NCBI GenBank assembly: GCA_964496805.1
Contig: CAZCBM010000001.1
Location: 1 to 59,420 of the forward strand
Direction of reading: 5' to 3'
From: an uncultured Rhodospirillales bacterium
GTDB lineage: Bacteria; Pseudomonadota; Alphaproteobacteria; CAZCBM01
DNA: 59,420 nt
Within the stretch, counting starts at the first letter, position 1. Each line of letters begins with the position of its first letter. Below, piece by piece: positions 9,648 through 19,233 of this stretch. A program made the translations under genes and the position numbers. The notes beneath the pieces were generated by a model. It ran no database searches and was not told the DNA's origin. It saw nothing but the letters and a program-made list of their open reading frames with translations.

Positions 9648-11576
9648 CTACACCAGCCCACGGGCGGCGGCGGCGGCCAGTCGGCGGGCGAAGGCGGCGG
9701 TGTCGGGCAGGGGCTCGCCCTCCACCACCAACGCTTGGTCCAGCAGGAGGGAGAGCGTCTCCCCCACCACCGGATCGGCGGTGTCTGCCTGCTGGCGGCT
9801 GGCAAGGCCCCGGATCAGCGCGTGCTTGGGGTTGAGCTCCAGGATGCGCTTGGCCTCCTCCGGCAGTTGCCCCGTCTCCCGCAGCATCCGCGCCAGATGC
9901 ATGTCGATGTCCCCCTCATCCGCAGCCAGACGGACAGCGCTTTCGGTCAGGACATCGCTGGTGCGAACATCCTTCACCAATGGGCCCAGCACCTCCTTCG
10001 CGCGGGCCACCAAGGCATCAAGGCCCTCGGGCAGGGGGGCGGCGGCCGTCTCGTCGGCGGTCTCGGCTTCCTGAACATCGGCAGCCGTGGCGCTCTTGAT
10101 GCCGGCCAGGTCTCCGCCGGCGCGGGTAATGCTCTTGAAGGTCTTGCCCTCAAAGGCCGTGGCATTGGTCAGCCAGAATTCGTCAATCCGGTCGTCCAGC
10201 AGCAGCACCTCGACCCCCTTGGCGCGGAACCCTTCCAGATGGGGGCTGGTGCGCAGCACGGAGAGATCATCGCCGGTGAGCACATAGATGGCCTCCTGCC
10301 CCTCCTTCATGCGGGAGAGGTAATCCTCCAGGCTGGTCATCTGATCGGTGGCGTGGGTGGAGTGAAACCGACAGACACGGAACAGCGTGTCACGGTTCTC
10401 CCAATCCTCATACAAGCCTTCCTTCAGGGTCGGACCAAAGGTGTCCCAGAAGGTCTTGAATTTTGCCGGATCGCGGGCCTGCTTCTCCAACTCAGAGAGA
10501 ATGCGCTTGGTGAGACCACTGCGAATTTTCGCCACCACAGGATTGGTCTGCAACATCTCCCGACTGATGTTCAGTGGCAGGTCGGCGCAGTCCACGACAC
10601 CGCGCACGAACCGCAAGTAGGCCGGCAGCAGCTCGTCCACATCGTCGGTGATGAATACCCGACGGACATAGAGTTTTAGGTGGTTGCGACGCCGCGGGTC
10701 AAACAGATCGAATGGCCGGGAGGAGGGAATAAACAGCAGATTGGTGTATTCAATCAGCCCCTCCACCTGGTTGTGTAGGGTCAGCCACGGGTCATCAAAC
10801 ACATGCGCGACGTGGTGGTAGAACTCCTTATACTGCTCGGCAGTGATATCTGATTTTGGACGGGACCAAAGGGCGGAGGCGCGATTGAGCGTCTCCTCCT
10901 GGTCGGCGCCAGCCAGAATGATCGGCAGGTCAATATGGTCGCTGTAGGTCTCGACCACGTGCCGAAGGCGGGTGGGATCGAGATATTCCTTGCGATCGTC
11001 TTTCAGGTGCAGCGTGACCTGTGTGCCGCGCGGGGTTTCGGTGGGGGCAGGGGTGACCGTGAACGTGCCCTTGCCGTCACTTTCCCACCGCCAAGCCTCC
11101 AACGATCCGGCTCGGCGGGACAGCACAACCACCCGATCGGCCACCATGAAACTGGAATAGAAGCCCACCCCGAACTGTCCGATAAGGTTCAGCCGAGACT
11201 CGTCCGTTTCAGCCTGGGCAAGGCCCTGCATAAAGGCGCCCGTGCCCGATTTGGCGATGGTGCCCAAGTTGGCGATCAACTCCTCCCGATCCATGCCGAT
11301 GCCATTGTCCGCGATGGTCAGCGTGCCGGCGGGTTCGTCGACCGACAGGCGGATGCGGAAATTGGGATCGTCCTTGGTTAGCTCAGGTTGGGTGACGGCC
11401 AGATAGCGCAGCTTATCGCAGGCATCGGAGCTATTGGAGATCAACTCGCGCAGGAACACCTCGTGCTTGGAGTACAGCGCATTGGCGACGATATCCAAAA
11501 GCCGGCTAACCTCGGCCTGGAAGGCGACCTGGGAGGCACCGGCGGCAGCGGAGGGGGAGGCAGCAGTCTCGGACAT
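9648..11576 (-). CDS. htpG: molecular chaperone HtpG (Hsp90)
   Basis: Start moved to ATG 11576 (MSETAAS...FQAEVSRLLDIVANALYSKHEVFLRELISNSSDACDKLRY). GHKL ATPase motifs are present. Confidence 0.95.
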   Translation of the reverse strand: MSETAASPSAAAGASQVAFQAEVSRLLDIVANALYSKHEVFLRELISNSSDACDKLRYLAVTQPELTKDDPNFRIRLSVDEPAGTLTIADNGIGMDREELIANLGTIAKSGTGAFMQGLAQAETDESRLNLIGQFGVGFYSSFMVADRVVVLSRRAGSLEAWRWESDGKGTFTVTPAPTETPRGTQVTLHLKDDRKEYLDPTRLRHVVETYSDHIDLPIILAGADQEETLNRASALWSRPKSDITAEQYKEFYHHVAHVFDDPWLTLHNQVEGLIEYTNLLFIPSSRPFDLFDPRRRNHLKLYVRRVFITDDVDELLPAYLRFVRGVVDCADLPLNISREMLQTNPVVAKIRSGLTKRILSELEKQARDPAKFKTFWDTFGPTLKEGLYEDWENRDTLFRVCRFHSTHATDQMTSLEDYLSRMKEGQEAIYVLTGDDLSVLRTSPHLEGFRAKGVEVLLLDDRIDEFWLTNATAFEGKTFKSITRAGGDLAGIKSATAADVQEAETADETAAAPLPEGLDALVARAKEVLGPLVKDVRTSDVLTESAVRLAADEGDIDMHLARMLRETGQLPEEAKRILELNPKHALIRGLASRQQADTADPVVGETLSLLLDQALVVEGEPLPDTAAFARRLAAAAARGLV

Positions 11577-11634
11577 GGTCTCTCTCGGGGTTGGGCGGCA
11601 AAAGGTGGGGGCGCTCTCACAGCGCCGTGTGGGC

Positions 11635-11663
11635 ACTTAGGCAGGCCGCGCGCCACATGCAAG
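11635..11663 (-). promoter_or_regulatory. candidate RpoH (sigma-32)-type promoter of htpG
   Basis: The minus strand reads CTTG-N18-CCTAAGT, compared with the alphaproteobacterial heat-shock consensus CTTG-N17/18-CYTATNT. It lies about 60 nt upstream of the htpG ATG. Confidence 0.3.
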
Positions 11664-11737
11664 GCCCGGCATCGCCCGCTGGGTCGCGCCAGAGAGCGAC
11701 GCCAGGCCTATGGTTAGGGCACCCGGGGGAGCCTGCA

Positions 11738-13753
11738 TTATCCAACGGGTGTCCCGTCATCGCGGCGAATGACCACCACGCTGGGGCGCGGCGGCATGCC
11801 GGCTGCAAAATCCGGCCAGCGGGTGGCGGGATCAGCAAAGGTGCTGTCCCGCTCAAAGCCTGGAAAGTCCTTGGCGCCATCCGCACCCGGATGCTGCACC
11901 GCCACAAACAGGCTGCGGTCATCGCTGGTAAAGCGCGGGCCGCAGAGTTCAGCCCCCACCGGCACGCGGAACAGTTGGCGGGCCTCGCCGCGCCGCTCCC
12001 CTGTCACCTCCAGGGCATAAAGGCCATCGGCCACCCCGGTGCGTCCCCAACCCCGACCCTGATCGGTGGCCACCCACAGGCGGCCGCGATGGTCCAGAGC
12101 ACAGTTGTCCGGGCAGGCGAACCATTGGCCGTCGCCGGCCCCCGGGGCCCAGCGCGCCCCGACCTCCGCAATGCCGGGATCACCGCAGACCACCAGCATC
12201 TCCCAACCCATGGTGTCGGCGCTCAAGTCGCGCCCTGGGGCCTGCATTTGGACGATATGGCCGAAGCGGTTGTCCGCCCGGGGGTTGGCCGCGTCCGGCT
12301 TCTCGCGGCGGCTGTTGTTGGTCAGCATGATGTGGATGCGTCCGGTGGCTGGGTCTGGCTCCACATCCTCTGGACGGTCCATGGGGGTCGCGCCCAACAG
12401 GTCCGCTGCCAGCCGGGTGTCAATCAGAACGTCTGCCTGGGAGCCGAAGCCATTGGCCGCCGTCAGCGGCCCCTCTCCGTGGACCAGGGGCAGCCAGACG
12501 ACTTCCCCCCCTTCATCAAAGCGCGCCACGCTTAGGGTCCCATTATCCAGCAGATTGCGGTTGGCCTGTGGGGTCTCCAGGTTCACCCGGTCGCGGCTGA
12601 CAAAGCGGTAGACATAATCGAAGCGCTGGTCGTCGCCCATGAACACCACCAACCGGCCATCGGTGGGGTTGACGACGCATTCCGCCCCTTCGTGCTTGAA
12701 CCGCCCCAGGGCTGTGCGTTTAACGGGGGTCGAGGTGGGATCGAAGGGGTCGACCTCCACCACCCACCCAAACCGGTTGGGCTCCTGGGGGACGAGGGAG
12801 ATGTCGAAACGGGGCTCAAACAGGCCCCAGTCGTACCAGCCGCCGGGAATGCCGTACCGTGCGAGCTTGGCCTGCTCCGGATGGCCGGCGGGATCACCCA
12901 AGAAATAGCCGTGGAAATTCTCTTCTGCCATCAACCAAGTACCCCAGGGGGTGACGCCGCCTGCGCAATTGTTGAGCGTGCCCCGGACGGCGGTTCCGGT
13001 GGGGTCTTCGGCGGTCTTCAGCCTGTCATGCCCCGCGGCCGGGCCACTGAGCCGAAGCGGCGTCTCTGCGGTGATGCGGCGGTTGTAGGGGCCATCGCGG
13101 ACCACCTGCCACTGCTGGCCCATGCGCCGGATTTCCACAATGCTGCCGCCATGGGCTGCCATCTCCGTGCGGATGCGCTGCGGGGTGGGCTCGCCAGCGG
13201 CGGCATATCCTGGTCCGGCGGCCACCTCCGGAAACATCAGATCTTCGTTCGTGTATTCGTGATTGACCACCAGCAGCGCCGCCTCGCTGGTGTCCGTGGT
13301 CCCGGGCAGGGGGATGAGGCCCACGAAATCGTTGTTGTAGCCGAACTGGCGGGCTTGCGCCTCAGGGCTCTGTCGCATCGGATCAAAGGCCGGCGCGTCC
13401 GGGAAGAGCGGGTCCCCCCAGCGCAGCAGCACCTGCGTAGCGTGTCCGTCCGCCACATGATGGGTGGCGTCAACGCCATGGGGGACGGGCTGAAAGCCGA
13501 ACGATCCCTGCGCGTCGGGAGGGGCCTGACTGTCGGCGGCCGGTTGAGCTTCGGCGCGGGCAAGGGGCATCCCGACGCCCGCCATCACGCCGGCTGCCAA
13601 CAATCCCTGCAGGGCGCCGCGGCGGTTGAGGCGGCGTGCAAGCAGATCCCCCAGGGTTGGTTGACCCCTGGGGCTGGTGCGCCGATCATCCTGTATCTCG
13701 CGCCAGAAATCCAAGCCACGGGCGGATCGCATGGGACGCTGACGGTCAGTCAT
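11738..13753 (-). CDS. phoX: PhoX-family alkaline phosphatase (Tat-exported)
   Basis: Start moved to ATG 13753, with AGGAG upstream. Twin-arginine leader RRLNRRGALQGLLAAGV. DUF839/PhoX pattern (FGYNNDFVGLIPL, LLVVNHEYT, NCAGGVTPWGTWL). Confidence 0.85.
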   Translation of the reverse strand: MTDRQRPMRSARGLDFWREIQDDRRTSPRGQPTLGDLLARRLNRRGALQGLLAAGVMAGVGMPLARAEAQPAADSQAPPDAQGSFGFQPVPHGVDATHHVADGHATQVLLRWGDPLFPDAPAFDPMRQSPEAQARQFGYNNDFVGLIPLPGTTDTSEAALLVVNHEYTNEDLMFPEVAAGPGYAAAGEPTPQRIRTEMAAHGGSIVEIRRMGQQWQVVRDGPYNRRITAETPLRLSGPAAGHDRLKTAEDPTGTAVRGTLNNCAGGVTPWGTWLMAEENFHGYFLGDPAGHPEQAKLARYGIPGGWYDWGLFEPRFDISLVPQEPNRFGWVVEVDPFDPTSTPVKRTALGRFKHEGAECVVNPTDGRLVVFMGDDQRFDYVYRFVSRDRVNLETPQANRNLLDNGTLSVARFDEGGEVVWLPLVHGEGPLTAANGFGSQADVLIDTRLAADLLGATPMDRPEDVEPDPATGRIHIMLTNNSRREKPDAANPRADNRFGHIVQMQAPGRDLSADTMGWEMLVVCGDPGIAEVGARWAPGAGDGQWFACPDNCALDHRGRLWVATDQGRGWGRTGVADGLYALEVTGERRGEARQLFRVPVGAELCGPRFTSDDRSLFVAVQHPGADGAKDFPGFERDSTFADPATRWPDFAAGMPPRPSVVVIRRDDGTPVG

Positions 13754-14197
13754 GGAAAGCTCGCTCCTGCAAAGGTCGCTATGACAGCGGGGGCTGGTAT
13801 CGGTCGACATAGGGTACCACGTGCCAATAGGCGAGGGGGCACGGAAGCGACCGACCCGCGCCCTGATGTCCTGTCCCAGCCGCGACACGCCGGTGCCCCC
13901 GCCTGGGTGAGCGCTGATGGCTGTGGCATGGGCAAGGAACCGACTGGCAGAAGGCTGTTAGAACTGCCTGGAGACCGGGCATGGAGTGGGTTGACACTGT
14001 CGCGTGGGTGGCTCATGGTCCGCGGTCATGACTGGTGGCGCGTCCGGGCGCGTGGGGGTGTTGAACCCTTGCTGATTGTTCGCCCACCGTCGTTCTGTTT
14101 TCTGATCAGGCGGCGATCCGATCACACCCCGAGCGACCTTGTCGCCGGGGCAGGGGAGGGTTCGTCGCCAATCCTGTGTTCAACGAGGCTTCGTCCC

Positions 14198-14506
14198 ATG
14201 TCCCGCCGCTGCGTCGTGACCGGTAAAGGTGTCCATACCGGCAACAATGTCTCCCACTCCCAGCGCAAGACCCGCCGCCGCTGGCTGCCCAATATTCAGG
14301 ACGTCTCGGTGTATTCCGAGGCGTTGGCCAAGCCGGTTCGCCTGCGGATTTCCACCGCCGGCCTGCGGACGCTGGAGCACAAGGGTGGGCTGGATGTGTT
14401 CCTGCTGGACACCGCGCCGACCAAGCTGGACCCATCCCTGCGGGCACTGCGCAAGGAAGTGGCTGCGGCCGCTGAAGCCAAGGCGGCTGAGGCTCCGGCT
14501 GCGTGA
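14198..14506 (+). CDS. rpmB: 50S ribosomal protein L28
   Basis: MSRRCVVTGKGVHTGNNVSHSQRKTRRRWLPNIQ... lies inside the long artefactual ORF 12692..14506. Confidence 0.95.
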   Translation: MSRRCVVTGKGVHTGNNVSHSQRKTRRRWLPNIQDVSVYSEALAKPVRLRISTAGLRTLEHKGGLDVFLLDTAPTKLDPSLRALRKEVAAAAEAKAAEAPAA

Positions 14507-15792
14507 TCAGCCAGACGCCCACGGCCCTGGCAACGCCTTCGGCATGGGCCAGCACGCGCTACCCCGGTTTCTGTTTTGAGATAACCCATCGCGACTCCGG
14601 CAGCCGCGCCCGTCTTGGCCGGCTGCGGACACCCCATGGCGACCTCTCCACACCCAACTTCATCTTCTGCGGCACCAAGGCCGCGGTGAAGGGGGTGACC
14701 GCAGACCAATTGCGCGCCTTGGACGTCGATATCATTCTGTCCAATACCTATCATCTGATGATCCAGCCGGGGGCCGACACCGTGGCGCGCCTGGGGGGAT
14801 TGCATCGGATAATGAATTGGCATGGCCCGATGCTGACCGACTCTGGGGGTTTCCAGATTTTCAGCATGGGCCACGGCGGTGTGGCGGATGAAATCAAGGG
14901 GAGAGCAAGGCCGGAGCGCGAGGCCAGCCTTGTCAAGATCAGCGAGGAAGGCGCCAGCTTCCGCGCGTACACCGACGGCCGCACCATTAACCTTCGGCCC
15001 GAAGACAGCATCGACATCCAGCGCAAACTGGGGGCCGATTTCATCGTCCAACTGGATGAATGCACCCCCTACCACGTGGACAAGGACTACACGGCGCGCT
15101 CCATGGCCATGAGCCATCGCTGGGGATGGCGATCCCTAGCAGAGTTCGACCGCGGGAACGACGGGCGCCAAGCGGTCTATGGCATCATCCAAGGGGGCGT
15201 TTACGAGGATCTGCGGCGGGAGAGCAGCGAATACACCCGGGATGCGGACTTCTTTGGCACGGCCATCGGTGGTTCGCTGGGCGGCAGCAAGGCCGAAATG
15301 CACGCCATCGTCGCCATGTGTATGCCCTTCGTTCACCCCAACCGTCCCGTGCACCTTTTGGGCATCGGCGGCATCCAGGATATCTTCAACGGCGTCCGCC
15401 ACGGGGTGGACACCTTCGACTGTGTGAGCCCCACCCGCATCGCACGGCATGGATGGGCGTTGATGAAGGGGGCACCCAAGGAGCGGATCAATATCCGCAA
15501 TGCGCGCTTCCGCGATGACCCCGATCCGCTGGATGATAGCACCCCCTCTGAGGCCTCTCGCCTATACGCCAAGGGCTACCTGCATCACCTGTTCAAGGCG
15601 GGGGAGACGCTGGGGCCGCAACTCCTGAGCCAGCACAATATCGCTGTGATGATGCGCCTGCTGCGCGAAATCCGCTCGGCCGTTCGGGCAGGGACTTTGG
15701 ATCAATGCGAGCGGGAATGGCTGGGCGACCCCGCGCAACAGCCGGAGACCGATGCGGTGCCGACGCTTCTGGGCACGGATGACGGCGGCTGA
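14503..15792 (+). CDS. tgt: tRNA-guanine transglycosylase homologue lacking the Zn-binding cysteines
   Basis: Collinear with bacterial Tgt (TDSGGFQIFS, LDECTPY, GIIQGGVYEDLR, GGSLGGSK, VDTFDCVSPTRIARHG, INIRNARF, YLHHL, QHNIAVMMRLLREIR). The GTG start overlaps the rpmB stop (GTGA). Confidence 0.8.
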   Translation: MISQTPTALATPSAWASTRYPGFCFEITHRDSGSRARLGRLRTPHGDLSTPNFIFCGTKAAVKGVTADQLRALDVDIILSNTYHLMIQPGADTVARLGGLHRIMNWHGPMLTDSGGFQIFSMGHGGVADEIKGRARPEREASLVKISEEGASFRAYTDGRTINLRPEDSIDIQRKLGADFIVQLDECTPYHVDKDYTARSMAMSHRWGWRSLAEFDRGNDGRQAVYGIIQGGVYEDLRRESSEYTRDADFFGTAIGGSLGGSKAEMHAIVAMCMPFVHPNRPVHLLGIGGIQDIFNGVRHGVDTFDCVSPTRIARHGWALMKGAPKERINIRNARFRDDPDPLDDSTPSEASRLYAKGYLHHLFKAGETLGPQLLSQHNIAVMMRLLREIRSAVRAGTLDQCEREWLGDPAQQPETDAVPTLLGTDDGG

Positions 15793-15892
15793 TTGCGCCT
15801 GACACGCCCGTTGTGGCGTGTCATTGCCCCTTGCATCCGGGTTTGGCTGGCTTACCTGCTTCGTTACCGTTAGATTGTAGGCTTTCGGTGCT

Positions 15893-15924
15893 GATTGATC
15901 TGTCAGTGGATTGATCTGTCAGTG
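15893..15924. repeat. perfect 16-bp tandem duplication (GATTGATCTGTCAGTG x2)
   Basis: Read directly from the sequence. It is followed at 15925 by GATCAATC, the reverse complement of the unit's first 8 nt. Confidence 0.9.
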
Positions 15925-15963
15925 GATCAATCCTTCCCCGCCAATACGGAGCCCGTCGCCCCT

Positions 15964-16629
15964 GTGACGCTCGATATTTTGATCTACGCCGCTGTTGCCA
16001 TTCTGCTGCTCTATCGCTTGCACAGTGTTCTGGGCACGCAGGACGAAACGCCCGGGCAAAGCCCCAAAAACCCCTACCAACAGAAGGGTAACGGGCAGGG
16101 GGCAACCGGACCCAGCGCACGCAGCGAGGCTCAGGCCGGCGAGAGCGCGCCCGCCAAGGCTGCCCCGATGGCCGCAACCGGGCCGGTGGGCACGCTGAAG
16201 CATGCAGACGCCAGCTTTGATGAGCAGCAGTTCGTCAAGGGTGCGGAAATGGCCTTCGGCATGATCACCAAGGCCTTCGCTGAGGGCAACACGGATACGC
16301 TGCGACGCCTTCTGAGCCCGCCACTGTTCCAAGTGTTCTTGCAAGCCATCGACCAGCGCGAGACGGCTGGAGAGTCGCAGGAACAGACGGTCCACACCGT
16401 CGAGAGCGTGGATATTCACAGCGCCGAGGTGGACGAGGACTTGGCACGGGTGGAGGTCCGCTTTGTCAGCGAACAAACCCAAGTTTGGCGCAATGAAGGT
16501 GGTGTCGTCATTGACGGCGACCCGGAGCAGCGACTGACCGTGACCGACCTTTGGACGTTTGAGCGTCGTATCGGCGCCAACGATCCAACGTGGTTGCTGG
16601 TGCGCACGCGGACGCCAGAGGATGCCTAA
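15964..16629 (+). CDS. Tim44-like domain protein (N-terminal TM helix)
   Basis: The GTG 15964 start gives VTLDILIYAAVAILLLYRLHSVLG. The C-terminal domain has FDEQQFVKGAEMAFGMITKAFAEGNTDTLRRLLSP...WTFERRIG. The ORF opens at 15895, so the start is uncertain. Confidence 0.7.
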   Translation: MTLDILIYAAVAILLLYRLHSVLGTQDETPGQSPKNPYQQKGNGQGATGPSARSEAQAGESAPAKAAPMAATGPVGTLKHADASFDEQQFVKGAEMAFGMITKAFAEGNTDTLRRLLSPPLFQVFLQAIDQRETAGESQEQTVHTVESVDIHSAEVDEDLARVEVRFVSEQTQVWRNEGGVVIDGDPEQRLTVTDLWTFERRIGANDPTWLLVRTRTPEDA

Positions 16630-16759
16630 GGCCTGGGGCAGGGCCTGGGGCAGGGTGGCCTTCTGCTCCAGCAAGGCGCAGTTAGGGCAAGAGGCCCTGC
16701 CCGGAGACAGACTGGCCGCCCTGATGGCGGCCAAGCCGTCCCGCTGCTGAGCACCCATA

Positions 16760-17986
16760 ATGCTGCGTTTGTCCAAACAACCTGCGGGCTTCCGGCGATG
16801 GCTGCCGGTCTACATCATCGCCGTGCTGAGCGTTTTCCTCTGGGGCATCGGCGGCATCACCCAGAGGCAGCAAAGCACCGTGACCACCGATCCGCTCAAT
16901 CCCTATCGCCTGGAGCAATGGGACGATCTTCCGGGATGGCAGACCGACCGGCTCAGTGAGGCGCTGCCAGCCTTGAGGGAAAGCTGCACGGCGTTGACCC
17001 GGGGCGAACCTGCCCGGCCGGTGGGTCCCGATGGGCTCGGCGGACGGGTGGCCGACTGGCTGAGCCCCTGCGAGGCCCTGCAAGCGGTGGCAGACGGGGA
17101 TGATGACGCGCTGCGCGCCTGGCTCACGACCTATTTCAATCCCCACAGCGTCTATGGACCGGAAGGACCGGACGGTCTGTTCACCGGCTATTACATCCCT
17201 GAAGTCCGGGGATCGCTGACACGCACCGGCCCCTATCAGACCCCGGTCTATAGCGTGCCGACAGACCTGATTACGGCGCGCTTGGCGGACTTCCGACGGG
17301 ATGGGGAGGGTGCCATCATTGGCCGTGTGGAAGGCGGCCGACTGGTGCCACACTTCAACCGGAGCGAGATCAATGCGGGCGCCTTGGAGGGGCAGGGTCT
17401 GGAGATCTTGTGGGTGGATGACCCCATTGACCTGTTCTTTCTGGAGATCCAGGGCAGCGGCATCGCCGTCCTGCCAGACGGCTCCCGGCGGGGCGTGGGC
17501 TATGCTGGCAAGAATGGCCACGCCTATTTTGCCATCGGCCGAACACTGCTGGAGGAAGGGCACCTGACCCGTGAAGAGATCAGCCTGCAGTCCATCAAAG
17601 CATGGCTTCGGGCCAATCCCGACCGGGCGCAGGAGGTGATGGAACTGAACCGCTCCTACGTCTTTTTTCAGCTCAACGAAGATGTCCGGGCGCGCGGCGC
17701 GCTGAACGTGCCGCTGACGCCGGGCCGGTCCCTGGCCGTGGATCGCCGGCACGTGCCCCTTGGCGCGCCCCTGTGGGTGGACATCACTCATCCCACGGAT
17801 GACGCCGAGGAGGCACGGGTCCAGCGGCTGATGGCGGCGCAGGATGTGGGAGGCGCGGTCACGGGCGTGGTGCGTGGTGACATGTTCTGGGGCTACGGCG
17901 AGGAGGCGGAAGCCTTGGCCGGCCCCATGCGCAGCCTGGGTCGATACTGGCTGATCCTGCCCAAGGGAACCGCCCCAGAGGGCTGA
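16760..17986 (+). CDS. mltA: membrane-bound lytic murein transglycosylase A
   Basis: MltA-specific and 3D-domain pattern (LFTGYYIPEVRGS, LFFLEIQGSG, YFAIGRTLLEEG, AVDRRHVPLGAPLWV, QDVGGAVTG). Confidence 0.85.
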   Translation: MLRLSKQPAGFRRWLPVYIIAVLSVFLWGIGGITQRQQSTVTTDPLNPYRLEQWDDLPGWQTDRLSEALPALRESCTALTRGEPARPVGPDGLGGRVADWLSPCEALQAVADGDDDALRAWLTTYFNPHSVYGPEGPDGLFTGYYIPEVRGSLTRTGPYQTPVYSVPTDLITARLADFRRDGEGAIIGRVEGGRLVPHFNRSEINAGALEGQGLEILWVDDPIDLFFLEIQGSGIAVLPDGSRRGVGYAGKNGHAYFAIGRTLLEEGHLTREEISLQSIKAWLRANPDRAQEVMELNRSYVFFQLNEDVRARGALNVPLTPGRSLAVDRRHVPLGAPLWVDITHPTDDAEEARVQRLMAAQDVGGAVTGVVRGDMFWGYGEEAEALAGPMRSLGRYWLILPKGTAPEG

Positions 17987-18167
17987 TCGTGGGCTTATCG
18001 TGAGCTGCCAGAGGGATGGCGCCAGCAGCGGTGCCCGGCACTGGCTGGCATCGGACCTGGATTTAGTCCCATAATCAAAATTATCGGACTTTCGGATGCT
18101 GGGAGGGGGGTGATCTTCCCGCCCCTCGCCCGCCCTTCATGACCGCCATTGGCGGTCATGCGACCTC

Positions 18168-19118
18168 TCACGCGACGTCCTGTTGGTTCTGGAGGGCGGT
18201 GATTTCGCGATCCGTTGAGGGCGGCCGGACTGGCGCAAGCGCCGGTAGGCGAGGACGCGGCAGAGACCCCAACCCTGGCCATAAGCGCATCTGGCCCGTG
18301 TCAGGCTCCGGCGCTGCGATCACCGTCCACTGGCCTGGGCGCCCACCCCGGCTGCGTACCAAGCTGAGGTGCCAGGCCGTCAGGCCAACGCCGGGCAACG
18401 CCGCCCCTGTGAGGTCTTGCTCGGCGGGGCCTGGCGCAGCGGCCACAGCCCACACGCTGTGTAGGCCCGCTTGGATCCCCTTGGGGCTGCTGCCCCTGCG
18501 TCTATCAGTGGACTGGTGAGCCTCTGCCGTGTCGGCTTGTTGGGTTGCCGCATGACGTGGGAGCTCTGGCGATTCCGTCAGCCCAGGGTCTTCAGCCGTC
18601 CGATGGGGCAGAATAAGACCCATGACCCCACCGGCCTCCGCGGCCAGTTGCAGCCGTCGGGCCGCCGTCACGCCCTGTGGTTCCACCTCCGCCACCACCA
18701 CTGACAGCGCCGGGCACCGCAAGCCCTGTTCAAGCGCCCAGAGCCGGTCTGTCGCCTCCCGCACGCTGTGTGCCAGGATCAACCTGTCGGGGGTTACGCC
18801 CCAAGCCGCCAGCCCCGGGGCGTGCAGGGCTGCCCCCTGTTGGATCCATAGGGCTGGCCGTTGCGGTGTGGCCAGTTGGGCCGTGATCCAGGCAGCAAAC
18901 CCCAGCACCGGCCCCCCCTGCCCGCCGAGACGATGGACGGCTGCCCGCTTCATTCCCCCTGGTGGCAGGTGGCGATCGATATCCGGCACGCCCAGGGATA
19001 GTCCCGGCACAGGTGTGCCCGCCGCACTCCCCATCCCCTGGATGTGCTGGATTTTGCGCTGAAGTCGCTGTAGAGCCCCTGGTGACGGGGCGTGTTTGCG
19101 CCCATGATGCCCTGTCAT
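18168..19118 (-). CDS. imuA: ImuA-like SOS mutagenesis protein (RecA-fold, inactive)
   Basis: ALQRLQRKIQHIQG...GVPDIDRHLPPGGMKRAAVH...ALWIQQ...DRLWALEQGLRCPALSVVVAEV...RRLQLAAEAGGVMGLIL...WHLSLVRSRGG matches the ImuA pattern as I recall it. An SOS box lies immediately upstream. Confidence 0.6.
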   Translation of the reverse strand: MTGHHGRKHAPSPGALQRLQRKIQHIQGMGSAAGTPVPGLSLGVPDIDRHLPPGGMKRAAVHRLGGQGGPVLGFAAWITAQLATPQRPALWIQQGAALHAPGLAAWGVTPDRLILAHSVREATDRLWALEQGLRCPALSVVVAEVEPQGVTAARRLQLAAEAGGVMGLILPHRTAEDPGLTESPELPRHAATQQADTAEAHQSTDRRRGSSPKGIQAGLHSVWAVAAAPGPAEQDLTGAALPGVGLTAWHLSLVRSRGGRPGQWTVIAAPEPDTGQMRLWPGLGSLPRPRLPALAPVRPPSTDREITALQNQQDVA

Positions 19119-19133
19119 GTTCTGATTGTGTTC
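19119..19133. promoter_or_regulatory. alphaproteobacterial LexA (SOS) box GTTC-N7-GTTC
   Basis: GTTCTGATTGTGTTC was read directly. It abuts the imuA start codon (19116-19118) in the imuA/mazG divergent intergenic region. Confidence 0.55.
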
Positions 19134-19233
19134 TTATTTGTGCCTGCCGTCAAGGCGGTTGCGGCCCCGGAGTTGCCTCCCCCCGTCTCCGGTCTGTCTT
19201 TGTCCCCCCCTGCCCCAAGGAGTGTTCTGCCCC

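Noticed and set aside
12692-14197. Very long ORFs opposite or out of frame with recognised genes. Examples are 12692..14506 upstream of rpmB, 16682..17791, 26391..28043, 48225..49229, 49287..50267, 54846..56207, 6950..8092 and 9735..10679.
   Set aside because: Each overlaps a gene with clear family motifs on the other strand or in another frame. Their translations are Arg/Gly/Pro/Ala-rich with no recognisable domains. This is the usual stop-codon-poor artefact of ~65% GC DNA.
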